DNA of 64,000 bases, taken from the NCBI GenBank assembly GCA_963514005.1, contig OY740786.1:90396001-90460000 (forward strand), written 5' to 3'. Shown piece by piece: positions 1-13,553 of the stretch. Positions within the stretch are counted from its first letter, which is position 1, and each line of letters begins with the position of its first letter. The DNA comes from Raja brachyura. Lineage: Eukaryota. The translations under genes were made by a program, and so were the position numbers. Below the pieces are notes generated by a model, which saw only the letters and a list, made by a program, of their open reading frames with translations, was not told where the DNA came from and made no database searches.

Positions 1-962
1 AATTATTCCATTAATGTTGTAGAATTTAAAATAACATTTTGATATCAATTTACTACATTATCATTTTTTTCTTGTCTAAATCAAGTGAAAGTAAAACTAA
101 AGCAAATTACCTAATTTGAGTTGCAATGAATACAACACTGCAATGTGAATGTAATAATTGACATGCAATAGTGAGTCACTCGGAATTTTAATGTGCAGGG
201 GCAGCCAACAAAGATGAAGTACACTACTTAGAAGCTTAAGTGGAATTGATCTTTCGAACATTTGCCTCTGGCAACTAAAGACAAAATAAGAAGAGTATAT
301 CCAAGCTGTCCTGCTTCTCCAGAAACTGTTATGGTTTTGCAAAGAACATTGCAGAGCGACACATTGGTGCAACTTGAGGAAGTACCAGTAACACATGACC
401 TCTGCTGCTGTCTGTGTGGAGTGTGCTTGTTCTCCCTGACAGCGAGAATCTCCTGCATGTTCTGCGCCCTACAGATAAGAGCTTGTTACAGATTAACCAC
501 TATAAAATGGCCGCAAATGTGTGCGTGATTGATAAAATTTGGAGTGTTACTGAGAGTGAGAGGAGAATACAATTATACAAGAATGCTTGATAGTCAGCAT
601 GCATAGTGGACCAATGAGCCTCTGAATTTGCAGTACTTGGGTAGGAATATCCATTGAAACATACCAGATAATGTTATGCTTGGCCATGAATAAGTAGACA
701 GGCTGAATATTAATTACTGCTAAATCACTTTATTGACACTGGACAAGTTTGTCCTCTACTTTTGGAATTAGGTTCTTGAAGATTTTCAATAAAAGATGGC
801 ATGTAAAGAAAATATGTATAATTTCCTCAAATCGCAATGTGTGCTCTCTCTTTCTCTCTTGTGTTATTGAATTCTAACAGGCACATTCTGATTCAATTTG
901 TCCTTTATTAAGATTTGTGAAGGCATAAAATAATTACTTTGTTCACTCATGTCTCCAATACA

Positions 963-2557
963 CAGTGCCCTCCATAAATGTTTGGGACAAAGACCCATCA
1001 TTTATTTATGTGCTTCTGTACTCCACAATTTGAGATTTGTAATAGAAAAAAAATCACTTGTGGTTAAACTGCACATTGTCAGATTTATTAAAGGCCATTT
1101 TTATACATTTTGGTTTCACCATGTAGAAAGTACAGCAGTGTTTATACAGTCCCCACATTTCAGGGCACCATGATGTTTGGGACACATGGCTTCACAGGTG
1201 TTTGTAATTGCTCAGGTATGTTTAATTGCCTCCTTAATGCAGGTATTAAAGTGCTCTCAGCACCTAGTCTTTCCATCACCTTTGGAAACGTTTATTGCTG
1301 TTTATGAACATGAGGACCAAAGTTGTGCCAATGAAAGTCAAAGAAGCCATTATGCAACTGAAAAACAAGAATAAAACTGTCAACATCAGCCAAATCTTAG
1401 GCTTACCAAAATCAACTGTTAGGAACATCATTAAGATGAAAGAGAGCACTGGTGAGTTTACTGGCAGGCCATGGAAGACCTCCACTGCTGATGACAAGAA
1501 TTATCTCTATGCTAAAGAAAAATCCCCCAACACCTGTCCGACAGATCAGAAACACTCTTCGGGTGTGGATTTGTCAATGTCCATTGTCCGTAGAAGACTT
1601 CATGAACAGAAATACAAAGGCTACACTGCAAGATGCAAACTACTGGTTAGCCACAAAAATAAGATGGCCAGGTTACAGTTTGCCAAGAAGTACTTAAAAG
1701 AGCAACCACAGTTCTGGAAAATGGTCTTGTGGACAGATGGGACAAAGGTTAGCATATAGTGATGGCAAGAGCAAAGTATGGAGGAGAGAAAGAACTACCC
1801 AAGATCCAAAGCATACCACCTCATCTGTGAAACATGGTGGGGGGTTTATGGCCTGGGCATGTATGGTTGCTGAAGGTACTGGCTCACTTATCATCATTGA
1901 TGATACAACTGCTGTTGGTAGTAGCATAATTAATTCTGAAGTGTTGGATACATCCTATCTGCTCAAGTTCAAACAAATGCCTCAAAACTCATTGGCTGGC
2001 GGTTCATTCTACAGCAAGACAATGATCCCAAACATACTGCTAAAGCAACAAAGGAATTTTTCAAAGTTAAGAAATGGTAAATTCTTGAGTGGCAAAGTCC
2101 ATCATCCGATCTGAACCCAATTGAGAATCTCTTTTATATGCTGCAGAGAAACTGAAGGTCCCCAACACAAGCACAAGCTAAAGATGGCTGTAGTATAGGC
2201 CTGCCAGAGCATCACCAGAATAGACACGCAGCAACTGGTGACGTCCATGAATCACAGACTTCAAGCAGTCATTGCATGCAAAGGATGTGCAACAAAATAA
2301 TAAACATGATTACTGTAATTTACATGACATTTCTGTGTCCCAAACATGGTGCCCTGAAATGGGAGGGACTATGTATAAACACTGCTGTTATTTCTACGTG
2401 GTGAAACCAAAATGTGTAAACATGGCCTTTATTAAAATCTGATAATGTGCACTTTAACCACATGTGTTTTTTTTTGTATTACAAATCTCAAATTGTGGAG
2501 TACAGAGGTAAATAAATAAATGATGGGTCTTTGTCCCAAACATTATGGAGGCCCCTG
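963..2557 (+). mobile_element. Tc1-like DNA transposon (family A), full length, transposase frameshifted
   Basis: ~220-bp TIRs (CAGTGCCCTCCATA... / ...TATGGAGGCCCCTG|TA). Transposase fragments MRTKVVPMKVKEAI.., [20 protein letters not shown] and DLNPIENL lie in several frames. Confidence 0.93.
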
Positions 2558-2859
2558 TAATTGTTATTTTAGTTTTCTGTTCAAAAGCCCAGTGAAGATG
2601 AATGCCGGCATCATTCGTTCACCACAGATTCCAAAATCTGGTGAATGACTCTGGGACTGCACATATTTGCACAAATGTGTGGTAGGACTATCAGGCTGGT
2701 AAGTTACAATGGGCTCTTGCTGATTTACAGTGATCACAGTGAACAATTTGTAATTGTTGTTTTCAATACAAATAAACTATGTTCAATGCTTTTCATCAAA
2801 ATTACTGTAATGCTAATTTTGAATGGGATGTTGAATTAAACGCATCCCATATTTCTCCA

Positions 2860-3180
2860 GTCATAGCGTGATACAGTGGAAACAGGCCCTTCGGCCTAAC
2901 TTGCCCACACCGGCCAACATATCTCAGCTACACTAGTCCCACCTGCCAGCATTTGGTACATATCCTTCCGAACCTGTCCTATCCATGTACCTGTCTTAAC
3001 TATTTCCTAAATGTTCGGATAGTCCCTGTCTTAATTACCTCCGGCAGCTTGTTCCATACACCCACCACCTTTTGTGTGAAAAAGTTACCCCTCAGATCCC
3101 TATTAACTATTTTCCCCTTCACCTACCCGAGCTATTCTTCATGATATTATATACCTCTATAAGATCACCCCTCATCCTCC
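2860..3180 (-). mobile_element. CR1-type LINE 3' fragment
   Basis: GGAAACAGGCCCTTCGGCC tail stem-loop and C-terminal RT-region sequence. A similar copy lies at 44860-45120. Confidence 0.8.
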
Positions 3181-4918
3181 ATATGTTTTAATTTTCATGT
3201 TTAAATCAGATTTAAAAGCTTGTTTATATGGATTGTCATAATACATTTTTGTTTTAAATTGACTAATTTCCCTATTGGTTCTTCTGTTATTGAAAGCTTT
3301 GGCAACTGTCCATATTTACTTCTCACAGCCATTCACTATTTTGAACACTCAGTTTAAAGGACAAGTTCCTTTGGTCTGTCCATACAACTTTGGTCTGTTC
3401 GTATAACTTCAGTGTCTCATTTTGTGATAATGGCCTTTCTGTATCAATAATGGCCTGAAATTGCGTATTAATCTCTCTCTCTCTCTGAGGTTTACCTAGT
3501 GACTGAGAAAGGTTTTGTATAACATCTCTGTCCTTGTACTCTGTTTATTAAGCTAGGAATCTTGCATACAATGTTTCATAACCTTTGGTGTGTTTTACAA
3601 CTTTTTAAGCATGAAACAAATCCAAGAAATGCATTGGTAGTGGTCAGGGGATGGTAATCGTTTAGATTTGGTTATTCTTAACAACTTCAAATGCTGCAGT
3701 GTGATGAATAATCAATTGAATTAATATATTTTTATCTGCATGTGACATTCAGATGTGACTAATAATGTTTGACCATGCAGAATCTGAGACCAGGATTTTA
3801 AAATTAACTTGCCTCAAAGTAGATTAGACATTAGAGGAATCCCTGTCCTTGCATTGTAAAATGGTGCCATACACACGTTTTAGAAAAGAATGCATAATAC
3901 AAAAGATTGCATCATTTGTTTTGATTGAGAATAAGATTGAACCCAGGGAAAATTGTGAACGTTATTAAATGGTGGACAAATAGAAAGGAGAAAAACAGAA
4001 TGAAGAACAGATAGAAAGACATTCCAAAGTTTTTATGTGAATAAATGGATGAAGTACAATGAGCGGTAAATAGGTTTTTGTGCAGTGTTGCTTCTGGAAT
4101 AAAATAGGTCATCCATTTTATGACACTATGACATTTGGATTGAATTATAAACTTGCACATTCTTTGTTTTTCTGAGTTATGTTTCACAATTGGGATTTTG
4201 ACTCATTGACCTCTTAGAATGTAGTTAAGAAATTTATGCAAGAATAGAACAAACAACCCAGCACTTGCACCGTCAATCAGTGGGATCATGGCTGATCTTT
4301 TTTTCTAGGTCTGGATGAAATTCTAGGTTAATTACACTTGTGGGTCATATGTTGACATTTGTAGTAATGTTAATCTTTTTAGCTGCTGTTAAATAAAGTT
4401 AGGCAAGCTCAAAAATTGAGGATCACACATGCATTTCTTGGAGTTCTGTGTATTTTTGTAGGAAATTACTTTAAATTGGGGATCATATCTGGAATTTACC
4501 TGAAGGCTTTGAGAAAACAGTTGCTAAGATAATTTTTTTTTCCAAGTTTTCTTCACCAAAATCTAACCAATACTTAATGATCTTTATTTGTGCCAAAGTC
4601 TTGATCAGCATTTGACAACATCTTCCCACCAGTTTCCAAAATTATATACGATGTACTAAATCCTCTCAACATTCTATCTTTGTTTCTCTTGGCTTTAAAA
4701 ACTGCCTTATTGCCAACAGCTTCATTTGCTTTATACCCACTATATTTATCTCTTGACATTTCCATTAACTTTTTCTTCCAATTCAGCAAGCGGCCTCAAC
4801 TGTTTGAACTAATTGTATTCATTTATAAAACAGGCAGAGGGAGTAAATTATGAATTTATTATTGTTATGTGATTTTGTAAATCAACACAAACCATCATAA
4901 CAAAATATTAGTAGTATA

Positions 4919-5354
4919 CCAGACCAAGTGGGACCCGTTGGGTCCCATCCTCTCAACTCATGGTTGAGGGGGGGGGGGGGGGGGCTGCCTGCAGCGTCAT
5001 ACACTAACCCCCCCCCCCCCCCCGATATTATATTAATATTATTAATTTGTTTATTTCCCCGAGACATCTGAGATGGCATAATCAATGGAAAGTGCTGCAA
5101 GAGTCCCACTGAAAAGCAGTTAATTTTTTGAAATAAACTATTCAAACTTCGGAAATATAGATTGGAATGCGACGGGAAGATGTTTATCCCATCGAGGCAA
5201 AAAATGTGAGTAGTATGTGAAAATGGGAAGGCTGTGGCCAAGTGCTTTGGAAGAAGATACAAATTAAGGAGATTAAAAGAAAGCCAACACAACCCTGCAT
5301 ATGCAAAATTTGAATGGTGAGAACAAAGGGAAGAGATTTAGTACAATATATAGA
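4919..5354 (-). mobile_element. Non-autonomous Helitron
   Basis: Minus strand A|TCTATATATTGTACTAAATCTC ... GGGACCCAACGGGTCCC hairpin-ACTTGGTCTGG|T, with no TSD. Interior is homologous to 24400-24520. Confidence 0.8.
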
Positions 5355-7539
5355 TTTTTTTTTTAGTCTCGGTGACTCTTGGTTTTGGCTCTTAACCCAA
5401 AGCTTGAAACTCCGATTTAATATATTTTTAAGATTTAAAAAGAGAATCATATCCATCATCAACTATCAAGTGTTTTTTTTAAATATAGGAATAGCAGAAC
5501 TGATCAATTGTAGTAACCAATTTCATTCCATCAATATAAGAAATGCAATGGTAAAGAATGAAAAGTATTGGTCCAAAATCACTTGATCTTCCAAAACATG
5601 TTGCACCAACATCATGTACAACTCATTTAAATGTTATTACTGTTATCTGAAAGAAATCCAACATATTTAGAATAATGTTTCTAATCTTGTTTTACCATAA
5701 ATTAGCAGCCAACATATTAAATAAAGAACATTTGTTGATATATAGTTTTTAATTCTTAAGTACATTCAAGTCATTAAATGTACTTGAGATTTCCAGTACA
5801 TCAAATATGAAATCTTTATGATGCATTTTTGTCAAACAAGAGATGTGCTCTGTGCAAAAGATATCTTCACTTCTTAACTTCAGCTTTGTACCTGTAAAAT
5901 CCTCCTTGCCATAGCTATTCTAATTTATTTAGTTTCATATTCTTGAATACAAAATCATTAATTAACATTCAGGCACAAATACTTGGGTTTCTTGTAGAAA
6001 TATTTCATGGAGAACAGAAAGAAACAAATTCTTGTTAGGGTTACCTATGTCTATTTTTTTCTTTAAACCCTGTGCTGCCAAAGGTATCGACTTAACGACG
6101 TTAATAAAATCATATTTGATCTATGCAAAATTAAGTGTTTAAGTAAATTTCTCTCTTGCCATAATATTCCATTTTATTTCAGGAACAAATAATTTATGAT
6201 GGTCTTTGTTGGTAGAAGTATGTATGCATATTGATTTTGCTTTAAAATTAAATTAGTAATTGCTGTATTCCCTAGAGTTTTGAGACATGTAAACAATTGT
6301 GGATCTTTATTTTTTTAAGAACACTTATAACCTGGAGCAAATGGCCAAATCTTGGAGAATGGCTCAGTTACTTTGTTTAGAAATTGAAAGACATTTTAGT
6401 ATCTATCATAAATAAAACTTACTACAGAGAAATATGATTTTCCTTTTAAGTTTTAATTCGCTTTACTTGGTAGCATCCTTTCCACTTTGATGGGAAGTTC
6501 AAGCCCTAAAGCGGGTTTAACTGTGTAATCTAGATTGACAATACAGCACATTGTCTTTCTGATGTAATAGTCAATTAAGCCCTGCCTGCCTGTTCTTGCG
6601 TCTGCAGAGATCTCAAAGTACTAGTCAAATCTATTGAATACATTTTCCTCCCTCATGCAGGAAGTTCATTGTATCTGTACCATACCGTCCATGGGCATGT
6701 AACAATAAACTTGACCTGAACACCATTGCAATCAAAAATTTCCCTGAATGTGAATTTTCTATTCAGATATAAATTGGCTGCTACATTTTTATGTCAGTGA
6801 CTAAAGCTCAAAAAGGTTGCAAAGTGCTGCACCTGTCTTCAGCAGCACTAAGTGTTTTTTCCAGTGATGAATTCTAAATAAATATTTAATTTTGTTGTGT
6901 TTTATGACTTTCGGTCATTAATATTTTGTCTAAGACAGGCCAAAATTAGCATCAAATCCTGACCGGAAATACAGTAGCTTTAAGGCTATTGGAAATTTAA
7001 AAGAAGACAGGTGCTGGAAATCCAAAATGTGCATTGATGTAACACTAACACTTTCTGTTGTGTTGTTAGTTACTTTTCAGGACTGTGAGCTAATAATAAT
7101 GACATCATATTCATAACTATTCCAAAATTTTATTGTAAAACTTTAATATTGGAGCTCTCAGAGTTCAAACTATTTTCTTAGGAAATTAATAGAGCCATTC
7201 TGAATTGATACCGGTTTTAGGGGCAAAGGTTGCAAGGGCTAAAAATATGCCGGAGTGAAAAGAGTGTAAAATGATTTGATTGAATCTGTGGAATCTTGAT
7301 CGGTTGATATGGCGAGATAATTCCTCATCTTGGAATACATAGAAATAGTGGTCACTGTTTATAAAATAGGAGCTGCTATTTAAGGGGGGAAGGGGGCGGT
7401 GAAAGATCAGGTCAGACGTAATCTCATTGAATGGCAGACCAAATTCGAGGGGCATACTCTTGGTCCAATTTCTTAACCAATTAAGATAATTATGAAAGTA
7501 TAAAACAAATGTTGAAAGAGAATGGTGTTACTAATATGA

Positions 7540-7750
7540 ACTGCAGATGCTGGTTTAAAACGAAGATAGACACAAAAAGCTGGACTTACAAAGCAGGTCA
7601 GACAGCATCTCTGGAGAAAAGGAATAGGTGACATTTTGGGTTGAGACCCTTCTTCAGACCTAAAGGTTCTTAACCTGAAACATCTCTTCCTTTTCCCCAG
7701 AGATGCTATCTAACCTGTTGAGTTATACCAGCTTTTTGTGTATATCTTAC
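7540..7750. mobile_element. Penelope-derived fold-back element (subfamily B)
   Basis: Inverted arms GATAGACACAAAAAGCTGG... / ...CCAGCTTTTTGTGTATATC around degenerate hammerhead-core remnants. Confidence 0.8.
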
Positions 7751-8739
7751 TAATGTATATTCTGTTTTTGATGCTGATGTGAAAGATTGGCTCTGTAATG
7801 CACCTCTCAATTTTGGTTTCCCAAAGTACTTCCAAAAGAATCTAATAGCAGAATAGACATTAGCAATGCAGGAAACAAAGCAGCTAATTTAACACAGGAA
7901 ATTTCAAGAGTAGCACTGTGAATGAACAGAAATTTAGTTTATGTTGATTTGGAGGAGAAAGATATTAGGGGTAATTAATATGTACTTAGGATATTATCAC
8001 TTAAGAGAAGACGTGGCCTCAATACCTCATCCAAAATAACTTCTTGTAATATATTTGAATATTGTTGTAAATTTCTGTACTTAAATCTTTGAACTGCGGC
8101 TTGAACCCGCGACATTTAAGAAATTATCAACTGAGCCAAAGTTGAATAGACTAGTGTATTTCCAGTTATATATTTCAAGACTGAACAATTTATTTGAAAG
8201 ATATTATTTAGACCTAATTTTGCATTTGAATCTTGTAGCCCAATTATTTTTTATATTTTGAACTAGTGATTTCTTTGTGTACTTTCATTTCCACTTTTGT
8301 AGTCTATTTGAAATCTATGCACATTGATATTTTGAGAATAAATACAGATGATATCATATTACTGGATCGGGTTTTCTTAACTTTCTTTGTTAACACCTCT
8401 TGAATTAACACACTATCATATATGGAATTTCATTAAGTGCAACATTCTATAAATTAACTCATAATATTTCATATTATACTAGCTGGATTTGAGAGATTTT
8501 ACAATGGTAGAATTACATCAGATGTTAATCAAAAGTTTACAAGGGTGAACTCAATACCTTAATTTTTGTATGCACTGGTATTCTAAAGTATTTTATAAAG
8601 GTATGTTCAGACCTGTACGCTGTCTGTTCTCAAGGTTATATAGTTTTAGAAGACTGGAACCTCTGATTTCACCGCTTAAATCAAAATTTCCTGGGCACGG
8701 AAACACAATGCATAATGTCTCCTTGAATGTCTGCAATGA

Positions 8740-9514
8740 TGAAAGTGTAAATATGCTCCTAAAGCTTACCCCCGTAGTCTAGTTCAATAAAAACACTGAG
8801 TCAAGCACTGGAACAACGAAACTTTATTTTTGAACGAACAACAAATCCCCCTATACGATACCTAAACCACCGCGGGTTTGATCCTTGTCTCTGCCTGGCC
8901 AAGCCCTTCAGCCTCGTGCAAGAAGTCACTACCAAAAGGTCACACAGTCCCATGCGCCCTTCCAGAAGATCGACATCGATCCAAATGGGGGCCACCTTTT
9001 ATAGGTCAACAAACCATGAGGGGCCAAACTACATAGGGGTGGTTCCCCTTAGAAGTCAATTATACATATCGATTACATAAAAGCATTATTGACAGTCCCC
9101 CAACCCAATTACAAAGTCCCAAACAATGTTTCTCCAGAAGCTTCTGGAAGGAAGTCGGTTAACTGAATAATGCAACATTTACCCTGGCAGTACAAATATT
9201 TCAGCCAGGGCTTCACACTTCAGCCAATCATCAAACAGCAGGGCAACTGTTTGCAACATTATTTACAATCCCTTTGCAGTAATCCAATCAAACCCCATGC
9301 ATCTACAACACCTTAGAGTTTCTCTACAAAGTCCTCATACATATTATCAATTGTGAGGACAGCTGGACCTTCCTTATCTGATGTATTGATCTGGGGCCTA
9401 GACTTCCTGGTACCAGCTTGCAGCTTGAGGCTTCTCACAGAAAAAGGCTAACAGGCCCTGTAGATGTATAAATCCTTTGCTTTATTTTAGCTCTATTTTG
9501 GCCAGGATTTTTCA
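8740..9514 (-). mobile_element. Solo LTR (ERV/Gypsy-like), ~775 bp
   Basis: TGAAA...TTTCA termini. Flanks AATGA / AAAGA (4 of 5 match). Minus-strand TATAAAAG (~9003) lies upstream of AATAAA (~8828). Confidence 0.7.
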
Positions 9515-9929
9515 AAAGAGGACAATGTAATAATGTGCAGTATTTTAATGTTGTTTTCATAAATACAATCAGTTCTAATGTTACTTTGCAACAATATTGA
9601 ACTGCAGGAAAACATTTTTAATTTGTATAACCTAGAGCAAGCAGTACAGTGCACTTCTGGATCGGTCTGCCATGAGGGAATTTCAGCCTACTATTGGGGA
9701 CATTGTCAAACAAATATCCATGTAGACAACATCTACCACCCTACCCTCTTCGATCATCTGTGTCAACTCCTCAAAAAACTCAAGTTAGTGAGACATGACC
9801 TGCTGTGTACAAACTCATGCTGACTGTCCTCAATTCGACTCATTCTCTTCCAGCTGGGAGTAAATCCTATCCAGAATCCTAACTCCCCAATAGTTTCCAT
9901 AGCACTAATGTGAGGCTCACCATGATGGA

Positions 9930-10306
9930 TTCTCTAACTTAATCTACTGCATCTGGTATTCTCGATGTGGGCTCCTTTAACAAGACCAAGCGTAGACTCA
10001 GCAACCATTTCGCCGAATCCCTATGTTTAAGAAAGAACTGCAGATGCTAGAAAAATTGAAGGTAGACAAAAATGCTGGAGAAACTCAGTGGGTGAGGCAG
10101 CATCTATGGAGCTCCATAGATGCTGCCTCACCCGCTGAATCCCTATGCTCGGTCTGCCAAGGCCTACTGGATCTCCAGGTTGCGAAACATTTTAACTTCC
10201 CTTTCCCACACAGACCTTTATAGTGCGTGCCTCCTCCATTGCCAGAGTAAGGCCACATGCAAAGTGGAGGCACAACACCTAGTATTTTGCTTGGGTAACT
10301 TACAAA
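9930..10306 (+). mobile_element. Penelope-like element, GIY-YIG endonuclease remnant
   Basis: Degenerate NLIYCIW.SRCGLL..KTKRRL..HFAE / VAKHFN / CQSKATCKVEAQHLVFCLGNLQ. Interrupted by a palindromic insertion and by the hAT. A probable ORF end (AATTTTAGGTAA) resumes near 13105-13180. Confidence 0.8.
10026..10136. mobile_element. Penelope-derived fold-back element (subfamily A), 11-bp TSD
   Basis: Hairpin centred on GAGCTC. GAATCCCTATG is duplicated at 10015-10025 and 10137-10147. Confidence 0.85.
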
Positions 10307-11366
10307 CAGGGCCGGATTTAGATGAAGAGAGGCCCTAAGCTATTTATAAGCTACTTGTGAGCCCCTCCCAATTCCCCACCCCCATGACTAGAGGACCATG
10401 ACTATCCGACAGTGACAGTGTGACACTTTTAGATCCTAATGTATGTTGTCATTAAACAGTTGGTTTTAAAATAGATATTGGATTCACAGCGGAGCGGGCG
10501 ATGCCTTACCTGGATCGACATTTGAAGCTCTGGATTGTTGGGCCTGCTGCTTCAGCATCATGGAGCTGTGGTTTGCAGAGCTCCCAGCCTCGGGCTGCAC
10601 TGATTTCAATATCGCGGAGCCCTGGGATCCCTTTGCCGAGGGCCGCCAGCGTGAATCTCCGCACAGCTCAGCCTGTGGACTTCGGGAGCCGCGGTCTCCG
10701 GTAGGAAGTGGCCGATCCGGAAGTCCAAGCCGCTGAGAATGTTCTCCCGTTCAGACGTCGGATGGTGACCCCAAATTTCATTGTACCAATTGGTGCATGT
10801 GACAATAAGTGTCTCTTGAATTGAATGTGGAATATTAAGAAATAAAGAAACTACAACTACACTAAGAGCAAAAATGTTTTTTTCTCGCCTTCTTCATAGC
10901 AAAATCATCCAGAAGTTCACCAAGATCTGTTTGGCTAAGTTTGTCACTCTCAATGCACAGAATGCTCAGTGCAGACAACATCTCTTGAGACATTGAGGAC
11001 CTTAATTCATTTTATTTCTTTTGAGTTTTGAAAAAGATCTCTCTCCTGAGCAGTTGGTGACTATTAAGCTAAGAAACAGCCGCAAGATTGCTTCCACATT
11101 AGGGAAGGCCATCTGAATTGTTTCCTTGTAAATTATTTGATAACGGTCTGTATGAGACAGAGAGTGCTCTTCTGTATGCCTATGGCTTTGTCTCACGTAC
11201 GAGTGAAAGTGCAAAAGTTCATCAATAAGTTTCAGGTCAACATCTTCTGGGTATGCTTCCCTCAACAGTTCAACACCTTGCTGAATTTCTTACTTAGATG
11301 CGGTCAGATTAGCAAGAAAGGAAAACTTGTGCAACTTCACTGTACACAGTACCTCTTCTTTTTATT

Positions 11367-11493
11367 GTTAAAGAAGGAACTACAGATGCTGGAAAATCGA
11401 GGGTACACAAAATGCTGGAGAAACTCAGCGGGTGCAGCAGCATCTATGGAGCGAAGGAGATGGGCAACGTTTCGGACCAAACCCTTCTTCAGA
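11367..11493 (-). mobile_element. Penelope-derived short element with hammerhead core
   Basis: Subfamily A sequence ending CCCTTCTTCAG. Imperfect flanking duplication ACCTCTT(C/T)TTTTT. Inserted in the hAT ORF. Confidence 0.8.
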
Positions 11494-12280
11494 ACCTCTT
11501 TTTTTTAAATTGGTTTCAAGTGCATCTCGTATAGGAATAAAATATTTTATCCCAAACTTATCTCTTGAAGAGAGTTTATCTAAAGCATCAGGACCAGGTG
11601 CACCATCATTTTCTTGCCATTTCCTTACTCTTTGTCTCCCTGTGACAGTTCTGTAGTTCACATCTGGCAAGGTGGCCTTTGCTTGTTGCTCAAGCTCACC
11701 AAAATCTTCTCTAATTCTGCTTACAAAATCCTGAAGTGAACTGTACAAACTTGCCCAAGTACTAGCACAATAACAGTTTGGATTTCTGAATGGCTTTGTT
11801 GACATTGTGGTAATGACCTAGCAGATGGGTCCAAAAATGCAGCATAAACACAAATTCTAGTTCTTCCATTTGATTGTTAGCTTGAAGCCTGGTATCACTC
11901 TTCACAGTGACACCAGAGTACAAATGACTGAGGGCATCAGTGATAGCGCTGTAACTTTCCAAAATAACTTCTGTGGCTTTTGCATGTGCCTCCCACCTAG
12001 TGTCTGACAAATATTTAGGCACTTTTGACTGAGGTTGCGAAATTGATTTTAGAACTGCCCATCTCTTTGTGGAGATTGAAAAGAAGGTATAAATGTCATT
12101 GATAATTCCAAAACAGTTCACTGCACCAAGGCAGCAATCAACAGCCGAACGGCCCACCAAATGTAATGAGTGAGCAGCGCATGGAATAAATCTTGCAAAT
12201 TTGTTTTTTTCAAGGATTTTTTGCTGCATACCCTTGTACCTACCAGCCATGTTGGCAACGTTGTCATAAGACTGCCCTTG

Positions 12281-12790
12281 GAAGAAGAGCTCCAAATCGC
12301 AGCCGGCGTGGAACTCATTGAGGTGGGGACGGAGGGGGACAACAGTGAGGCCAATGCTGCAGACAGACCGTTCGGTATCTGAGAGGGGGAGGTCAGGGGG
12401 GATGGTGAACACATGGCAGGGATAGGGGTTGGGGCCAGAGGAAGGCAGGTGAGTGGACTGAGGCCAAGGCGATGTCTGGTGGGGGGCTGGTGGGTGGTCT
12501 GGGGGTAGGGGGTTATGAGGACTGTAGTGTGGGTGGGGAAGAGCTGGGGTCACATGGTTTGAGGGGAATGGGGAAAACCCAGTGGTTACCAGGGTTGGGA
12601 GGACAAGCACTAGGACCCAGCGCAGTCAAACCCAGGGGAGTTGGAGTTAGCAGCGTGGAAGCTTCAGGCCCGGTGCTGAGTCCCGGCTGCAGGTAAGGCG
12701 ACGGCTGCGGGCTGCTGGAGGGCGGTGGAGTGGCCAGGGTCGGCGGGCAAAGTGTGGGAGGTCCCGGTGGGCAGGAATCCAGTCCCATCA
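12281..12790 (-). mobile_element. Penelope-like element N-terminal ORF fragment inside hAT
   Basis: VFTIPPDLPLSDTERSV..IGLTVVPLRPHLNEF....DLELFF resembles the pre-RT segment of Penelope-like ORFs (LS..E.S.L..GL.F.P). Confidence 0.75.
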
Positions 12791-13553
12791 GAGACTGTGA
12801 GCAGGGTTAACTATAGAAAGGACCATTCCGCCTATCGTAGTGGGTGGCTGCTCGTTCCCACCCACCCTTTACCCTGCCCAGAGCCTTATCTCTTCTCCCC
12901 TGAAGCAGGCAGGTCGGGCACAGTCGGAGCTGATTCTGACATTTTTAAACTTGCAGCCGCGCACCAACTCGAACACTCCTGACTGTTGAAAGGACAAGGC
13001 TCAGAAAATACAAATATGTCATAGTTTTATACGCTTTGGTGGAGCGGGCTGAGGCCCCCCTAGATCTCGAGGTCCTAAGCTTAAGCTTGTCTAGCTTATA
13101 CGTACAACTTTTAGGTACCTCAGCTTTTAGGGAACAGGTAAATTTTAGGTAACATACAAACACTTCCCTCCCCCCATTAAAAGTTGGTTAAACAGTTCCA
13201 CAGATCGCAACGATGCAACCTTCTTGGGATCACACCATCTCCAAACCTCAGGTTCTTGAACTGAGTGCACAACCTTAATCCTACCTCAACAATGAATGCA
13301 GGGAGATTGCAACCTTCACGTGGTCTGCCCTGTTTCGACGACTGCAATCATTCCGGCGTGGCCAATCAAATAGAACAAGTTGTCCTCCAACTCGCGCCAT
13401 GCGCAAGAAGAAGTACACAGACACACAATGCTGGAGTAACAGGCAGCATCTCTGGAGACAAGGAATAGGTGACGTTTCTTTCCTCAACAATGAACACTAC
13501 ATATCAACCCTTGCACGATACCAAATGTGTCTTGCATTAATGTCTCGCTATGT

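Larger units (their letters stand above)
10307..13104 (-). mobile_element. hAT (Tip100/ZMYM1-like) transposon remnant
   Basis: End CAGGGCCGGATTTA at 10307. Transposase motifs GQSYDNVANMAG, CAAHSLHLV, TRW and the dimerisation domain FPNVEAILRLFLSLIVTNCSGERSFSKLKR. The other TIR is missing, and the element has several nested insertions. Confidence 0.9.

Noticed and set aside
963-975. CACAGTG at the Tc1 end and the 5-bp-TSD element as RAG/Transib RSS-like signals
   Set aside because: CACAGTG here is flank plus the Tc1 CAGTG terminus, with no properly spaced nonamer. The 47087 element starts CAT/CAG, not CAC.
2588-2704. Exon-like segment with strong donor CTG|GTAAGT
   Set aside because: No recognisable protein, no partner exons, and it lies upstream of the CpG island. 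A lone donor match is expected by chance.
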